Part shown: piece by piece, positions 10,630-23,681 of the stretch | Layout of the letters: every line of letters begins with the position of its first letter | How positions within the stretch are numbered: the stretch's first letter is position 1 | Assembly: GCF_004010195.1 (NCBI RefSeq) | Contig: NC_057757.1 | Coordinates: 1,654,939-1,703,781 of the forward strand | Length of the DNA stretch: 48,843 nt | Origin: Chiloscyllium plagiosum | Lineage: Eukaryota | Direction: 5' to 3' | Notes under the pieces: model-generated | Databases searched by the model: none | What the model was told of the DNA's origin: nothing | Seen by the model: only the letters and a program-made list of their open reading frames with translations | Program-made: the position numbers and the translations under genes

Positions 10630-12680
10630 TCTTCCATGTTCTACTCCTCAATAAATACTGATGCAAAATACTCCCCCATCTCCTGCGGCTCCATACAAAG
10701 GCTGCCTTGCTGAACTTTGAGGGTCCCTATTCTCTCCCTAGTTACCCATTTGTCCTGAGTGTATTTATAAAAACCTTTTGGATTCTCCTTAAACCTATTT
10801 GCCAAAGCTATGTCATGTCCCCTTTTTGCCCTCCTGATTTCCCTCTTAAGTATATTCCTACTGCGTTTGTACTCTAAGGATTCAGTCGATCTCTGCTGTC
10901 TATACCTGACAAGAATTGCATGCAATGTGGCCTAACCAATGTCCTGTTCAGCCACAACATGAGCTCCCACTTCCTATAATCAGTGGTCTGACCAATAAAG
11001 GAAAGCATACCAAATGCCTTCTTCACTATCTGACCTACCTGTGACCCCATTTGCAAGAAACAATGTACTGCACATCAAGGTTTCTTTGTTCAGCACTACT
11101 GCACAGGACCTTACCATTAAGTGTATAAGTCATGCTCTGATTTGCTGTTCCAAACTGCAGCACCTCCCATTTATCTAAATTAAACTGCATCTGCCACTCA
11201 GCCCATTGGATCATCTGATCAAGATCCCATTGCACTCTGAGGTAATCTTCTCTGCTGTCCAATACACCTCCAATTTTTGGGGATTGTATTATAGACCCCC
11301 CTAATAGTCAGCGGGAAATTGAGATACAAATATGTAAGGAGATTTCATTTATGGTAGGGGATTTTAACTTTCCAAACATAGATTGGGACTGATATAGTGC
11401 TAAGGGCTTAGATAGAGCAAATTTGTTAAGTGTGTCCACGAAAATGGTTTGATTCAGTATGTGAATGTTCCAACTAGAGAAGGTGCAAAACCTGACCTAC
11501 TCTTGGGAAATAAGGCAGGGCAGGTGACTGAGGTGTCAGTGGGGGAGCATTTTGGGGCCAGCGACCATAATTCTATTAGTCTTAAAATAGTGATGGAAAA
11601 GGATGGACTGGATCTAAAAGCTGAAGTTCTAATTGGATGAAGACTAATTTGATGGTATTAGGCAAGAACTTTCAAAAGCTGATTGGGGGCAGGTGTTCGC
11701 AGGTAAAGGGATGGCTGGAAAATGGGAAGCCTTCAAAAATGAGATAACTAGAATCCAGAGAAAGTATATTCCTGTTAGGGTGAAAGGAAAGGGTGGTAGG
11801 TGTAGGGAACGCTGGATGACTAGAGAAATTGAGGTTTTGGTTAAGACAAAGAATGTCTTTGTCTTTGTGCAGTACATTGTTCCTTGCAAATGGGATCACA
11901 GGTAGGTCGGATAGTGAAGAAGGCGTTTGGTATGCTTTCCTTTATTGGTCAGACCACTGACTATAGGAGGTGGGAGCTCATGTTGTGGCTGAACAGGACA
12001 TTGGTTAGGCCACATTGCGTGCAATTCCTGTCTCCTTCCTATCAGAAGGATGTTGTGAAACTTGAAAGAGTTCAGAAATGATTTACAAGGATATTGGCAG
12101 GGTTGGGAGGTCATGTTGCGGCTGTACAGGATATTGGTTAGGCCACTTTTGGAATATTGCATGCAATTCTGGTCTCCTTCCTATCAGAACGATGTGTAGC
12201 TTGAAAGGGCTCAGAAAAGATTTACAAGGATGTTGCCAGGGTTGGAGGATTTGAGCCATGGGGGGAGGCTGAACAGGCTGGGGCTTTTTTCCCTGGAGCG
12301 TCAGAGGCTGAGGGGTGACCTTATAGAGGTTTACAAAATTATGAGGGGCATGGATAGGGTAAATAGGCAATGTCTTTTCCCTGGGGTCAGGGAGTCCAGA
12401 ACTAGAGGGCATAGGTTTAGGGTGAGAGGGGAAAGATATAAAAGAGACCTAAGGGGCAAATGTTTCATGCAGAGGGTGGTATGTGTGTGGAATGAGCTGC
12501 CAGAGGAAGTGGTGGAGGCTGGTACAACTTCAACATTTAAGAGGCATTTGGATGGGTATATGAATAGGAAGGGTTTGGAGGGATATGGGCCGGGTGCTGG
12601 CACATGGGACTAGATTAGGGGATATCTGGTCGGCATGGACCGAAGGGTCTGTTTTCATGCTGTACGTCTCTATGACTCTA
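10630..12680. mobile_element. Rearranged CR1 LINE cluster (minus 10630-11277, plus 11278-12680)
   Basis: Endonuclease motifs (YYRPP, GDFNFP, PTREGA..DL, SDHN), ENPKGFYKY, QMQFNLDK, and the CR1 C-terminus in ORF 12230-12613 with 3' UTR. Confidence 0.85.
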
Positions 12681-12928
12681 TCTCCTAATTGTAGTTCACT
12701 ATGTGGGTCAAAGATCTCTTATCCTCCTCTACCACTTTGTTTGAAGCATTTATTGTCTATCTCCATTTTCCCTGCAAAGATGGTGGTCCAAGTATTGAGC
12801 TTGCAAGGCCTCATCAGAGAGTCACTGCCACTGCCACCACGCTGAATGTAACTGACATGAACCTGGAACCTTGTGGTAAGGTGGTGTAAATTCAGCATTC
12901 AATGTAACTGATTTTAAATTGGCAGTTT

Positions 12929-13220
12929 TAGATTAGATTAAATTAGATTAGATTCCCCACAGTGTGGAAACAGGCCCTTCAACTCAACAAGTCCATACCG
13001 ACCCTCCGAAGAGTAAATCAGACCCATTTCCTCTGACCAATGCATCTAAAGCTATGGGCAATTTAGCATGGCCAATTAACTTGACCTGCATATCTTTGGA
13101 CTGTGGGAGGAAACCGGAACACCCGGAGGAAACCCACGCAGACAGAGGGAGAATGTGCAAACTCCACACAGACAGTCACCCGAGGCTAGAATCGAACCTG
13201 GGTCCCTGGTGCTGTGAGGT
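12929..13220 (-). mobile_element. HE1-like V-SINE
   Basis: (GATTA)n tail and V-domain; absent from the paralogous site near 26115. Confidence 0.88.
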
Positions 13221-13344
13221 GGTTACTTACACATATCGAGGTGACTGATACATAAAATGGAGACATGTCACCACAAGTCATAGAGGTTGCTGTTTTGAGG
13301 TTGGAGCTTCTCAAAATCACTGAAACATTCCAGAACCAATTTGG

Positions 13345-13590
13345 CATAGTAATACTTGATGAGACAATGCAGATGGAACTTTATTCTGTAACTAAATAAT
13401 ACAAGTTGTGTTAGATGAGACTGTGCAGATAGAGGCTTACTCTGTAACCAAACAAGCTAGGAGTATTCAATAGGGACTATAATAGATGAAATTTTACTCG
13501 ATATCTAACCTGTGCTGCACATACCCTATGAGTTTTTGATAAGATGGTGCAGAAGAAGATTTACTCGAGACCCGTATTTTAGTTCAGTAA
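13345..13590. repeat. Degenerate tandem repeat of about 55-60 bp (GAGACAGTGCAGA..TTTACTCTGTA); paralogue at about 26270-26400
   Basis: TTTACTCTGTA and GAGAC-TGCAGA motifs recur at roughly 56-bp spacing. Confidence 0.5.
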
Positions 13591-13626
13591 GTTCATTGTG
13601 CCTGACCATTTCTTTTTTGGTTTCAG

Positions 13627-13801
13627 ATGTGACACATTGAAGGATTACTGGTACATTGGAGAAAACTGAATTCCTGGTCCATACGTTGACTGTCACCATC
13701 GTGACAGTAGTGGTGGTTCTGATAATCATAGTCACATTGATAGTACTGACTGTGTATTGTACAAGATACCAACATATGGTCAAGCAAAACCATTCATCAA
13801 G
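13627..13801 (+). pseudogene. Mucin copy 1: EGF end plus transmembrane exon (CDTLKDYWYIGEN[CE]FLVHTLTVTIVTVVVVLIIIVTLIVLTVYCTRYQ..)
   Basis: tttcag| acceptor and AG|gtattt donor. The C..WY.GE.C motif resembles MUC17 CVTTETHWYSGETC and is followed by a hydrophobic helix of about 23 aa. An apparent 2-bp deletion (TGTGAA to TGAA) creates a stop. Confidence 0.82.
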
Positions 13802-14049
13802 GTATTTTAGTCACCGCCTCTAACATCTCCTTCTTTGTGGCTCAATGTCAATGGAATAATATTCCAGAGATTCTGCATTTAATTCCACAATGGCAGTTTG
13901 AGACTCTGAATTCTGTTTTAAAAATCTGTAAATAAGCTATTGCCTCCAGTTATAGTGGCCATGGAGTTGCTGGATTCTTGTAAGTGCCCAAATAATCCAC
14001 AAATATTTTTGGGAATTACCCAGTTTGTTCAATAAAACTGCATTTTGCC

Positions 14050-14812
14050 AGTAACAGCAGCAGTGGGTGGAGCAACAGCGAGGACTGGGGGTTGCTGGGA
14101 AGGTAAATCTAAAATTATACAAACTTACCTTGTGCATAGGCAGAGCGCACACTGATCAGGAGCGGACATGGGATTGCTGAGTAAGTGAAGCAATATACTT
14201 GGGTCGCTGTGTTACCTGAAACATTACTTAGGTAGTATCTCCCACCCATCCTCCTCGTCTAACCAAAAAAAAGTTTCTGTGAGCCGGATTGGTAAGATAA
14301 CTAGTTTTTAAAAAAAATTCTTTATGTTTCTACAGTCTCTTTGGGAATTTAGTACAGTGGGAATGGCGGTTCGGGCAGTTGAATGTTCCTTCTGCAGAAT
14401 GTGGGAGGGAAGTGTCACCTCCAGTGTCCCTGCTGACTGCATCTGTGGGAAGTACACCCAACTCCAGCTCCTGGAAAACAGCGTTCGGGAACTGGAGCTG
14501 GAGCTGGATGAACTTTGGATCATTCGAGAGGCAGAGGGAGATATTGAGAGGGGTTACAGGGAGGTAGTCACACCTCGGATACAAGAAAAGGGCAAATGGG
14601 TTACTGTCAGGGGACGGAAAGGGAACTGGCAGGCAGTACAGGGAACCCTTGTGGCCGTTCCCCTCAATAACAAGTATACCGTTTTGGATACTGTTGGAGA
14701 GAGCGACTTACCAGGGGTAAGCTATGGGGTACAGGTCTCTGGCACAATGTCTGCCCTTGTTGCTCAGAAGGGAAAGGGGGAGATGAGCAGAGAATTAGTC
14801 ATTGGGGACTGC
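14050..14812 (+). mobile_element. CR1 LINE 5' region and ORF1 (zinc finger/leucine zipper, start of esterase)
   Basis: ORF 14324: ECSFCRMWE..CICGK..LQLLENSVRELELELDEL..VPLNNKY..LVIGD. Confidence 0.8.
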
Positions 14813-16640
14813 AGGGTTTCTGTTCCATGTACCCAATAAAGAGGCAGGCATAGCTGGGTCCCATGCAGGTGCCTATGGCTACCCCTTTGGTTTAGAAGAA
14901 GTGGGAGGATTGGAAGAAGTTGTTAAGGGTGAGGACTAGTTCAGCCAGACGGATAAGGGTATCGGTGGAAGGGTACTGGTTGGGATGGTGTGAGATCAAC
15001 TTCACCAACACCTTTCACCCCAACCTCAAATTCACCTGGACTGTTTACTGACACCCTCATCCACCTGGCTAAACTGGTCCTCACCATGAACAACTTCTCC
15101 TTCCAATCCTCCCACTTCCTCCAAACCAAAGGAGTAGCCATGGGCACCCGCATGGGACCCAGCTATGCCTGCCTCTTTGTTGGGTACGTGGAACAGTCCA
15201 TCTTCCGCGGTTACACAGGCACCACCCCCATCTGTTCCTCCACTACATCGATGACTGTATCGGTGCTACCCTCGTGCTCCCATGAGGAGGTCGAACAATT
15301 CATTAACTTCACCAACACCTTTCACCCTGATCTCAAGTTCACCTGGACCATCTCGGATACCTCCCTCCCATTCCTGGACCTCTCCATCTCCATCTCTGAC
15401 GACCAACTAACCACGGACATCTAAGACAAGCCCTCCGACTCCCACAGCTACCTAGACTACAACTCCTCCCACCCTACCTCCTGTAAAAAATGCCATCCCT
15501 TATTCCCAACTGCTCTGCCTCTGCTGCATCTGTTACCAGAATGACAAAGAAAATCCCTGATGGCCTCCTTCTTCCAAGATTACAATTTCTCTTCCCACGT
15601 GGTCAACAATGTCCTCCAGTGCATCTCCTCCACATCGCGCACCACTGCTCTTGAACCCCACCCCTCGCAATGCAACAAGGACAGAACCCTTCCCCCCCTC
15701 TCCCCGGACCTCACCTTCTACCCCACCAACCTTTGCATACATTGGATCATCCTCCATCACTTCCGCCACCTACAAACAGACTCTACCACCAGAAATATAT
15801 TTCTGTCCCCATCCATACCAGAGTTCCAGAGAGACCATTCCCTCTGCTACTCCCTCATCAGGGACACACCCTCCCATCAGCCACACCTCACTCCTGGCAC
15901 CTTCCCCTGCCACCACAGGAAATGCAAAATCTACACCCACATCACTCCCCTCACCTCCATCCAAGGCCTTAAAGGGTCCTTCCACGTCCGACAGAAATTT
16001 ACCTGTACCTCCACCAATGGCATCGACTGTATCCATTGCACCCGATGTGGTCTCTTCTACATCGGGGATACAGGATGCCTCCATGCGGACTGTTTTAGAG
16101 AACATCTCTGGGACACCACGCACCAACCAACCCCACTGCCCTGAGGCTGAACACTTCAACTCCCCCTCCCACTCCATCAAGGACATGCAGGTCCTGGGCC
16201 TCCTCCATCGCCAAACCCTTACCGATGCTTGGAGGAAGAACGCCTCATATTCCACCTTGGGACCCTGCAACCATAAGGGATCAATGTGGATTTCAACAGT
16301 TTCCTCATTTCCCCTGCCCCCAACATTACCCCAGTCCCAAGCCTCCAACTTGGCACTGCCCTCCTAACCTGTCCATCATCTTTCTCATCTATCCACTCCA
16401 CCCTCCTCTCCGGCCCTTCACCTTCTCCCTCACCTTCATCTACTTATTGCATTCTCAGGTACCTTCCCTCTAGCTCCCCCCACACCACCCCATTTATCGC
16501 TCAGCACCCCCAGCCACAAACCTCATTCCTTATGCCCAAAGCGTCGATTCTCCTGCTCCTCAGATGCTGCCTGACCTGCTGGGCTTTTCTAGCACAACAC
16601 TCTCGACTCTGATCTCCAGCATCTGCAGTCCTCACTTTCT
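14813..16640 (+). mobile_element. Penelope-like element (RT plus GIY-YIG) with an inverted 5' RT segment
   Basis: QTKGVAMGTRMGPSYACLF, YIDDC, PFLD; GIDCIHCTRCGLFYIGDTG..FREH (GIY-YIG); terminus at about 16520-16640; 14813-14995 is the same RT segment on the minus strand. Confidence 0.9.
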
Positions 16641-17290
16641 GCCAAGTTAGTGTCTGATGTCTGACATAGAGGGTCTTCAGAGCAAGCAGAGCAAGCAAGC
16701 AATCTGAAGTCACCTGGTACCCACTCTGATGTCCGTGTCGAGAATTCTCAGCAGCCATTTTCCTCGCTGCCAGAAGTATGATAGAAAGCTGCATATTAAT
16801 GAGGTGATCCACTGTAAGCAAGGTTGTTAACCAAGCAATAATCCTCCTTTAATTGGCAACTCACCACTCCTTAGTGGGTACATCACATTGACACCCTATT
16901 TTAAAAGTGCTGCAAATTGTTCCCGGCATCAACTTAGGCCTCACTGGCCTTTTCACACGATTCTGCTGCATTTCAAACCATAGCTCAGGTCATTCAGCCC
17001 CCTATAGGACTCTGCCTGAAAAAAAAAGGATATATTTGAAAAGAAAAGCAAAATGGATTATGGAGACTAAACCAGTGAGTGGAACTGGGTGGATAGATCC
17101 ATCAAAGAGCCACTAAACTAAAACAAAGAACTGCTGATATGTAAAATCTGAATCAGAAATTGCTGGAGAAACTCAGCAGGTCTGGCAGCATCTGTGGGAA
17201 GAAAACAGAGTTAATATCTTGAATCCAGTGACTCCTCATTCTGGCTGACTATATTCCTCGTTACAAAATGTTTGTCTTTTATTCAATCAG

Positions 17291-17391
17291 TTAATCCGTG
17301 TAAACATGAAGGTTCCTGGGATGGTGTTGAATGTACCTGCCAAATACCATACGAAGGACAGTACGGTGAATTATCTCCCAAACTATCCCTA
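17291..17391 (+). pseudogene. Mucin copy 2: first EGF-like exon (NPCKHEGSWDGVECTCQIPYEGQYGE)
   Basis: tcag| acceptor and |gtaagt donor. Resembles MUC3/17 CQNGGTWDGLKCQC..YYGELCE. The last Cys is Gly, and the exon ends in phase 0 while the next needs phase 1. Confidence 0.8.
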
Positions 17392-17479
17392 GTAAGTTGC
17401 ATCTGTTTTATAATTTATCTGGTTATTAGTTTACATTGCAGTGACAGACATCAAATTATTTTTAAAATTAAACAATATG

Positions 17480-17825
17480 GCAACACTACAACTCACTAAT
17501 AATATGAAATATGACAATATATTTTAATAAGGAAATATTACACTTCAATATTAGCATGGGAAAAGGCTACATCTCAATATTAACATAAAGAACATCTACC
17601 CCAATAATAACATAGAGACTACTATGCTTCAGTATCAGCAATAATTTGCCTTAATCCTAACACAGAGAACGCTGCGCTCCAATATTAATGCAAGTAATGT
17701 TACACTCCAATACTAACATCAGTAATATCATTCTGTTTAAATATCGAAAAATATTACACCCATTATCAATACAGGGAACATTACACCACAATCATAACAT
17801 AGTGAATGTTACATTCCAATATTAA
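17480..17825. repeat. Degenerate AT-rich tandem repeat of about 30 bp (ATATTACACTCCAATATTAAC)
   Basis: TTACAC..CAATATTA motif recurs about 10 times. Confidence 0.55.
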
Positions 17826-17829
17826 GATG

Positions 17830-18210
17830 GGTGCACAGACACTGGGGAGTCAGAAAGTAAGTTACTTGCTGCAGTATTCCTAGCCTTTGACCTACTCTTG
17901 TAACTGTTGTATTTATACGGTGAGTCCAGCTGAATTCCTGCTTAATGGTCACCCACAGCACGTTGATAGTGGGGGATTCAGTGATGGTAACACCATTCAA
18001 TGTCAAGGGACTGTGGCTGGACTGCTTTTTATTGGAGATGGTCATTGCCAGGCATTTGCCTGGTCCAAACGCACTTGCAACTTTTCAGACTAAGCCTAGA
18101 CATTGTTGCATTTGAGCTGGACTGCTTCAGGAGTAGTGCTGAATGAGCAAAGATCCTTGCCTCTGACCTTATGATGGAGGGAAGGTCATAACATGATAGC
18201 TGCTCTGACC
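17830..18210 (-). mobile_element. Old LINE ORF2 fragment
   Basis: PLTLNGVTITESPTINVLWVTI..SWTHRI..GQRLGIL, typical of the LINE post-RT region. Confidence 0.6.
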
Positions 18211-18457
18211 GTGGCCTCAAATACCTTTTCCTGCCCATTCCCCCATCCTCTGACTCCCTTATCTGTGGAATTATATACTGCAAAGGGTTGCCTAGGCTGG
18301 GTCACTAAGTAAAATCAAGACTGAGATAGACAGGTATTGAATCAGTAAGGGAATAATGTTTATGAGGTAAAGGTAGGAAAGTAGAATTGAGGATAATTCA
18401 TCAACTATAATCTCACTTAATTAGAGAGAAAAAAACCTAATTGGCTCAATGGCCTAT

Positions 18458-18760
18458 TTTAGATTAGATTAGATTCCCGACAGTGTGGAAACAGGTCCTT
18501 CGGCCCAACAAGTCCACACCGACCCTCTGAAGAGTAACCCACCCAGACCCAATTCCCTCTGATTAATGCACCTAACACGATGGACAATTTAACATGGTCA
18601 ATTCACCTGACCTGCACATCTTTGGACTGTGGGAGAAAACCCACGCAGACGCGGGGAGAACGTGCAAACTCCACACAGACAGTTGCCCGAGGCTGGAACA
18701 GAACCCGGGTCCCTGGCGCTGTGAGGCAGCAGTGCTAACCACTGAGCCACCGTGCCGCCC
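18458..18760 (-). mobile_element. HE1-like V-SINE, near full length
   Basis: tRNA-like head GGCGGCACGGTGGCTCAGTGGTTAGCACTGC, V-domain, (TCTAA)n tail. Confidence 0.9.
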
Positions 18761-19460
18761 TAACTCTTAATCCTAACTCTTCTGGTCTCATGGTTTTTGT
18801 AAATCAAAATATTTTGTTTGTTTCTGCATTTCCCTGAATATGACATTTAGGCTTATTTTTGTCTGTAGGAGACACGAACTGGGATGAATCTGATTTGCAT
18901 TTCCACCTCCCACCCCTGTGCTTCAATTAGCCTCAGGTTGGCCATATCCTTGACCCATCCCCACCCCAACAACTTATCCACTTTATATATTATCAATTCA
19001 CAAAGCCTATTGTAAAAACTGGACTACATCCAAGAGCACATAAATCCCCCAAATAAACAATTGGATCACATAATTGCACACCTCAACAAATGTCTAAACT
19101 GAAACCATGAAAGCTATTGAAAGCACTTAAAAAATTAGATACCTTTTAAAACTTTTCCCACTTTCATGCAGCTAATGTAAAATATCACTACTCTTGCATA
19201 AAATCAGCAAACCTTCCAAAGACTGACCTTTAATGAAACTGCCACAATATGAAATATCTTGTTTATAAAAATAGGATACTTTGGAGCTCACATCTTCACC
19301 TGCCCTCAGAAAACAGACAGACAGCATAAATGTAGATGGAACATCCACCCATATTGTTTGGAGGCAATTTTTGTGCTATCCTGCTTGCGTTAAACTAAGG
19401 TGTACAGCTTATTGTTACAAACGTAAATAAGGTACTAACACATGTTGCAATGTATTACAG

Positions 19461-19570
19461 GAAATGTGACTTATGCCATCAGAGTGACAGTAAAAATAGA
19501 GAACAGGAATTACTCCATTGAACTGGCAAACAGATCATCTGAAACATTCTCAAAGGAGTTTAAGGAACAG
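19461..19570 (+). pseudogene. Mucin copy 2: SEA N-terminal exon (NVTYAIRVTVKIENRNYSIELANRSSETFSKEFKEQ)
   Basis: tacag| and CAG|gttgga, phase 1 to 0. Resembles SEA consensus F..EL.N.SS.EF..F..Q. Confidence 0.8.
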
Positions 19571-20060
19571 GTTGGAAACTTTCCATATACTTGTATTGAA
19601 TGGCAATTCTTAGAAATTGTTTTGAAAATATTATACATTTTATGACAAATGAGGGCATCTTGGTGAATTCAAATTGGGATTGTTTTCTCTTCTTAAGTGT
19701 GACACAGTGAGGAATTATTTGATTAGCTATTTTTTTCCTGTTCACCTTTGTCCCTTTATTGAGATAGGTCGAAGGGTGTGTATCTTTTAGGAGTTGTCGG
19801 TGTCTGCAGGGATCATAATAAATCGCATGTTAAACAGGGACCGTTCACTTTACTTTTTTTTAAAATCATGTCCGTACCTTCTCTTTGAAATGACTTATCT
19901 CTCAAATCCCAAACTTTATCCTTTTCTATAGAAACAGCATACACGAGTACTCTATATAAACAGCATATCCGAGTTACCATTTCCGTGGCCTGTCTTTCTC
20001 TATCTCTTTCACACAAGTACACAGGAGTATGTTTATCTGCTAATCTTTTTGTTTCTTCAG

Positions 20061-20108
20061 ATGCAATTTATATCAACAGATATGAACACTTGAGATCACA
20101 ATGACAGG
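20061..20108 (+). pseudogene. Mucin copy 2: middle SEA exon, net 11 bp shorter, in-frame stop
   Basis: Paralogous to 6685-6743 (48 vs 59 bp) with the same flanking intron sequence. Confidence 0.75.
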
Positions 20109-20522
20109 GTACGAATCTCAGAACAGGATTTATAGTCCTGATAAATTTATATTATGTGCAATAAAAATAACATGGGATTCATGTTCATTGAAATCTGTGC
20201 AGATATGCAAATAATTGCTCTGTAACGGATGATGAAGGTTTAAAGCTACAGGTCAAGGAGGAGAGCAAAATTCCCCTCTGTTGAGAAGAAGTTACAAAGA
20301 GGTAACTGGAAATGAGATTAAATTAAAAGCCATGTTACACAATCATGCCTATTTTGGCCTCAGATTTGCCTATTTATATCAGATCTTCAAGAGCTGAATG
20401 CATAGGGCAGATGAAATTCAGCTCCATTGATTATATCTGTTGGATCTTGCTTTACTGTCATAAAGCAGTAACTAGCATTGAACATAATTTTTGCTGTTTT
20501 TCCTCTTCCCTCATGTTTTCAG

Positions 20523-20965
20523 CCAGGGCAGCATTGATTAGATTTGATTACTTACAGTCTGGAAACAGGCCCTTTGGCCCAACAAATCCACACTGACCCT
20601 CCAAAGAGCAACCCGCCCAGCCCCATTCCCCTACATTTACCCCTTCACCTAACACTACAGGCAATTTAGCATGGCCAATTCACCTTACCTGCACATCTTT
20701 GGACTGTGGGAGGAAACCGGAGCACCCGGAGGAAACCCACGCAGACACGGGGAGAATGTGCAAACTCCACACAGTCAGTTGCCCGAGGCAGGAATTGAAC
20801 GCGGGTCTCTGGCGTTGTGAAGCAACAGTGCTAATCACTGTGCCACCGTGCCGCCCATCACAAAGCTATTTTCAACAATAAAGCAGAGAGGTTCAATGAC
20901 AGCATGAGAAATGAAACGAAAACAGAATATCGAAGAAAGCTTGCAATCCAGGAATTGTATCAACA
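20523..20965 (+). pseudogene. Mucin copy 2: SEA C-terminal exon split by a SINE
   Basis: CCAGGGCAGCATTG (QGSI), then SINE, then ATCACAAAGCT..; paralogous to 7139-7266; extra 1-bp insertion near 20920. Confidence 0.78.
20537..20856 (-). mobile_element. HE1-like V-SINE, full length, inside a mucin exon
   Basis: tRNA-like head with A/B boxes, V-domain and tail. Confidence 0.9.
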
Positions 20966-22578
20966 GTAACGATTCACCAAAGAAAATAATTTTGCTCTCA
21001 ATTACACTCAGCAGTAAAATCGCACAGCCACACGAACACCTCATCTTAAATGTCTTTGTGTGGCGTGTCATTGTGTTGGGCACTGATTTAAAGCCATTCT
21101 TTCTCCTAAACAGCAGTGATTGCTCATGAAAATCTCCAACCAGACCCTATGCTACACTAACACTGTTTTAGCCACATGTAGAAGTTGACCTTTAAAACCT
21201 GCAAACATATCTCCAGAAATGAAGAGTCAACTCATATGCCAAGTATAAAAGTGAAGAAGTGGTGGTTGTCATGTTTACCAATCACCTTAGGGGGTCAGCT
21301 ATGTGCAGGGTACGTCTTAAACTCCTGCATATTATTGCAGCACAGCCTGTATTGTCTGCCTACACCCTGATCCCTTACACCCAGTTAGAAAGTACAGGTC
21401 AATAAAACATTCATCTGTGGAGAGAAAAATTCAGGCTCCAAATGTCAGAATAGCATCTTGGGGCTGGAAAAGTGGGTGGGAGGGGTTAAGGTATATGCAA
21501 AAACAGGAATTTTGGGACCATGAAAATGAAGTCGTCATATATGCCGGGTTGATGTATACTGTAATTTTGATGGGAAATAACTCCTTGTCACACAAGCAAT
21601 GTTGATTGTTGACTGTCTGTTTCAGGCAGAGCACTGTCACCTCCTTCTCAGAAGGTTGTGGGTTAAAGTCTCACTCCAGTTTATAATCCATGCTGAGATA
21701 TGAGCCTACTGACATGCCGGCGAGATGAAGATAGGGTGGCAGGATCCCCATCACTGAAGGGGCTCAGTGAATCAGTTTGGTTTTATTACTCACCAGCTCA
21801 CATTGATTCAATGTGTGGTTAGATTTCAAACTGAGAATCTGTGGGTTTCTAAACCCGTTCCACAATCACTGCACTTGACAAACTGCTCTCATTTATCAGG
21901 GGTTTGCTTTTGCCAACCCATTTGCTTTCTTTGAAATATCCTCGGCATCATTTTCATCTCCACTGACTGTCTGATACTCTGGTGGGAGGGGCTCATAGGC
22001 CTGTTGATTTCACGGGGTCAGCAATCACCTCTGGTCAAGCTGAAAATGATGACGAGAAACCTTTGTTGTGTTAACAGTGCCAACCTGAATGTGCGTTAAT
22101 CGCTATTTATGCCGAGTTGGTGATGATACAAATGAGGAGCTTCTTTGTCCACTTCAAAGGGCAGTTATTATCACCCTTGTGGGCCAAGGGTGACACGTAG
22201 GCTGTACAGGTCTGGGTGACAGAATTCCTTCTCTAGACAGTGAAAGTGTTGGAATTTTACAACAATACAACAGATTCATGGTCATTTTCAATTATAACAA
22301 AGCTTTGATTTCCATACAAATTCTTAAAATTCCATACTTAGACCTGAATTCACAGTCCTCCAACTTAGAAGCCAGCAATGTAGTCACTGAAAGATTATTT
22401 TGTTCCATTTGAGAGTATAATCTCAACGTTTTACTCATATTGCTGTCCTGATATGTACAACTATTAATTTAAAGGTAATTGAAAGCTTCTTCTGAGCATG
22501 TCCTTTTAACTGTGAGCTAATTCACATTTCAGAAGCATTCACGACTTCAGCTCGTGCCAAATTACAAAAATGTATCGT

Positions 22579-23681
22579 TCTGGTACTTTTAGAAAAGGGA
22601 TTATATACAGAAGAAGACCATGCTCCTGGCTCAGCCTTACAAGTCAGACATGGAGAAAAGAATGCTCTGGTGCATGGGCGCTCTTCCAGTTAGTACTCTA
22701 TCATTTACAGAAAGGACATGCCTTAGGAGATGTGGAGAGACTCTTTTGGACTTGAAATCGGGAACTAGGAGAGGAAGATATGTTGGAAAATGTAAAGAAA
22801 ATCTCAATACATAACAAAGCGCAGGCTATGCAATTGAAGATTTTACATAGGGCTCATATGGCACCAGAGAGGCTAGCTAAGTTCAAGAGAGGAGCGTCAC
22901 CAGGGTGTCCCAAATGTAAAATCAGTATAGGCACTCTCACACAATGCTTTTGGTCATGTTGCAAGATCTGGAGATACTGGGGTGCCATAGTAAAGCAACT
23001 GAAGGAAATCCTGGGAATTGAAGTCAAAATGGTCCCAGTATTTCTTCTTCTGGGCTTGCCAAATTTGCCCTCTCTGGGGGAACACGGGAAGAGAATGTGT
23101 AACATTCTTCCCCACTGTGCGAGAAAGAACATTTTAATGAATTGGACATTGGAAAAAAAACCCAGGTCTTATGGAGTGGTGCAGGCTGGTGATGGAGCAT
23201 CTCCCCCAAGACTACCTCACAAATATGGTGCACCACAACATGGAGCAGTTTTATAAGACATTGTGGCCCTTTCTAAATTATATTGATGCAGACTTATTGG
23301 CAATATTAATTGGGGCCGTGATATAGCTGTGAGGATCAGTTTGGACGCCCGAGGGGCACTGGGAGGGGGAATCTGGGGAAAAATATGAATGGGTGTAATG
23401 ACTGGTGCTCCCAGGGGCAGGAGCTTCAGTGAAGGTGTGGTGTGCGAAATAATGTGATAAAATTTAATTTAAGTTAATTTGAATTCAACTTAATTAAATT
23501 TTTATGTAATTTGATTGTCGTTTAGTTTAGTAGATACATTTGTTCTGGTAGAATAGAGTAGTTTAATATTAATAGTACTGTGATATGACATTGTTGTACA
23601 ACCTCTATCTTTTTGTATATTTTTTTACATATAGTTGCTTTGTAAAAGATTTGAAAAAGTTTTTAATAAAAATATTTATTT
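22579..23681 (+). mobile_element. L1-clade LINE 3' end with target-site duplication
   Basis: QLKILHR..CPKC..GTLTQCFWSC..I..YW zinc-knuckle region; AATAAA and A-rich end; TSD AAAAATGTATC at 22566-22576 and 23682-23692; empty site near 9200. Confidence 0.85.

Noticed and set aside
18700..18760. tRNA genes at SINE heads (also near 20800-20856 and 25380-25447)
   Set aside because: A/B-box-like heads run directly into V-SINE bodies and do not form complete cloverleaves.
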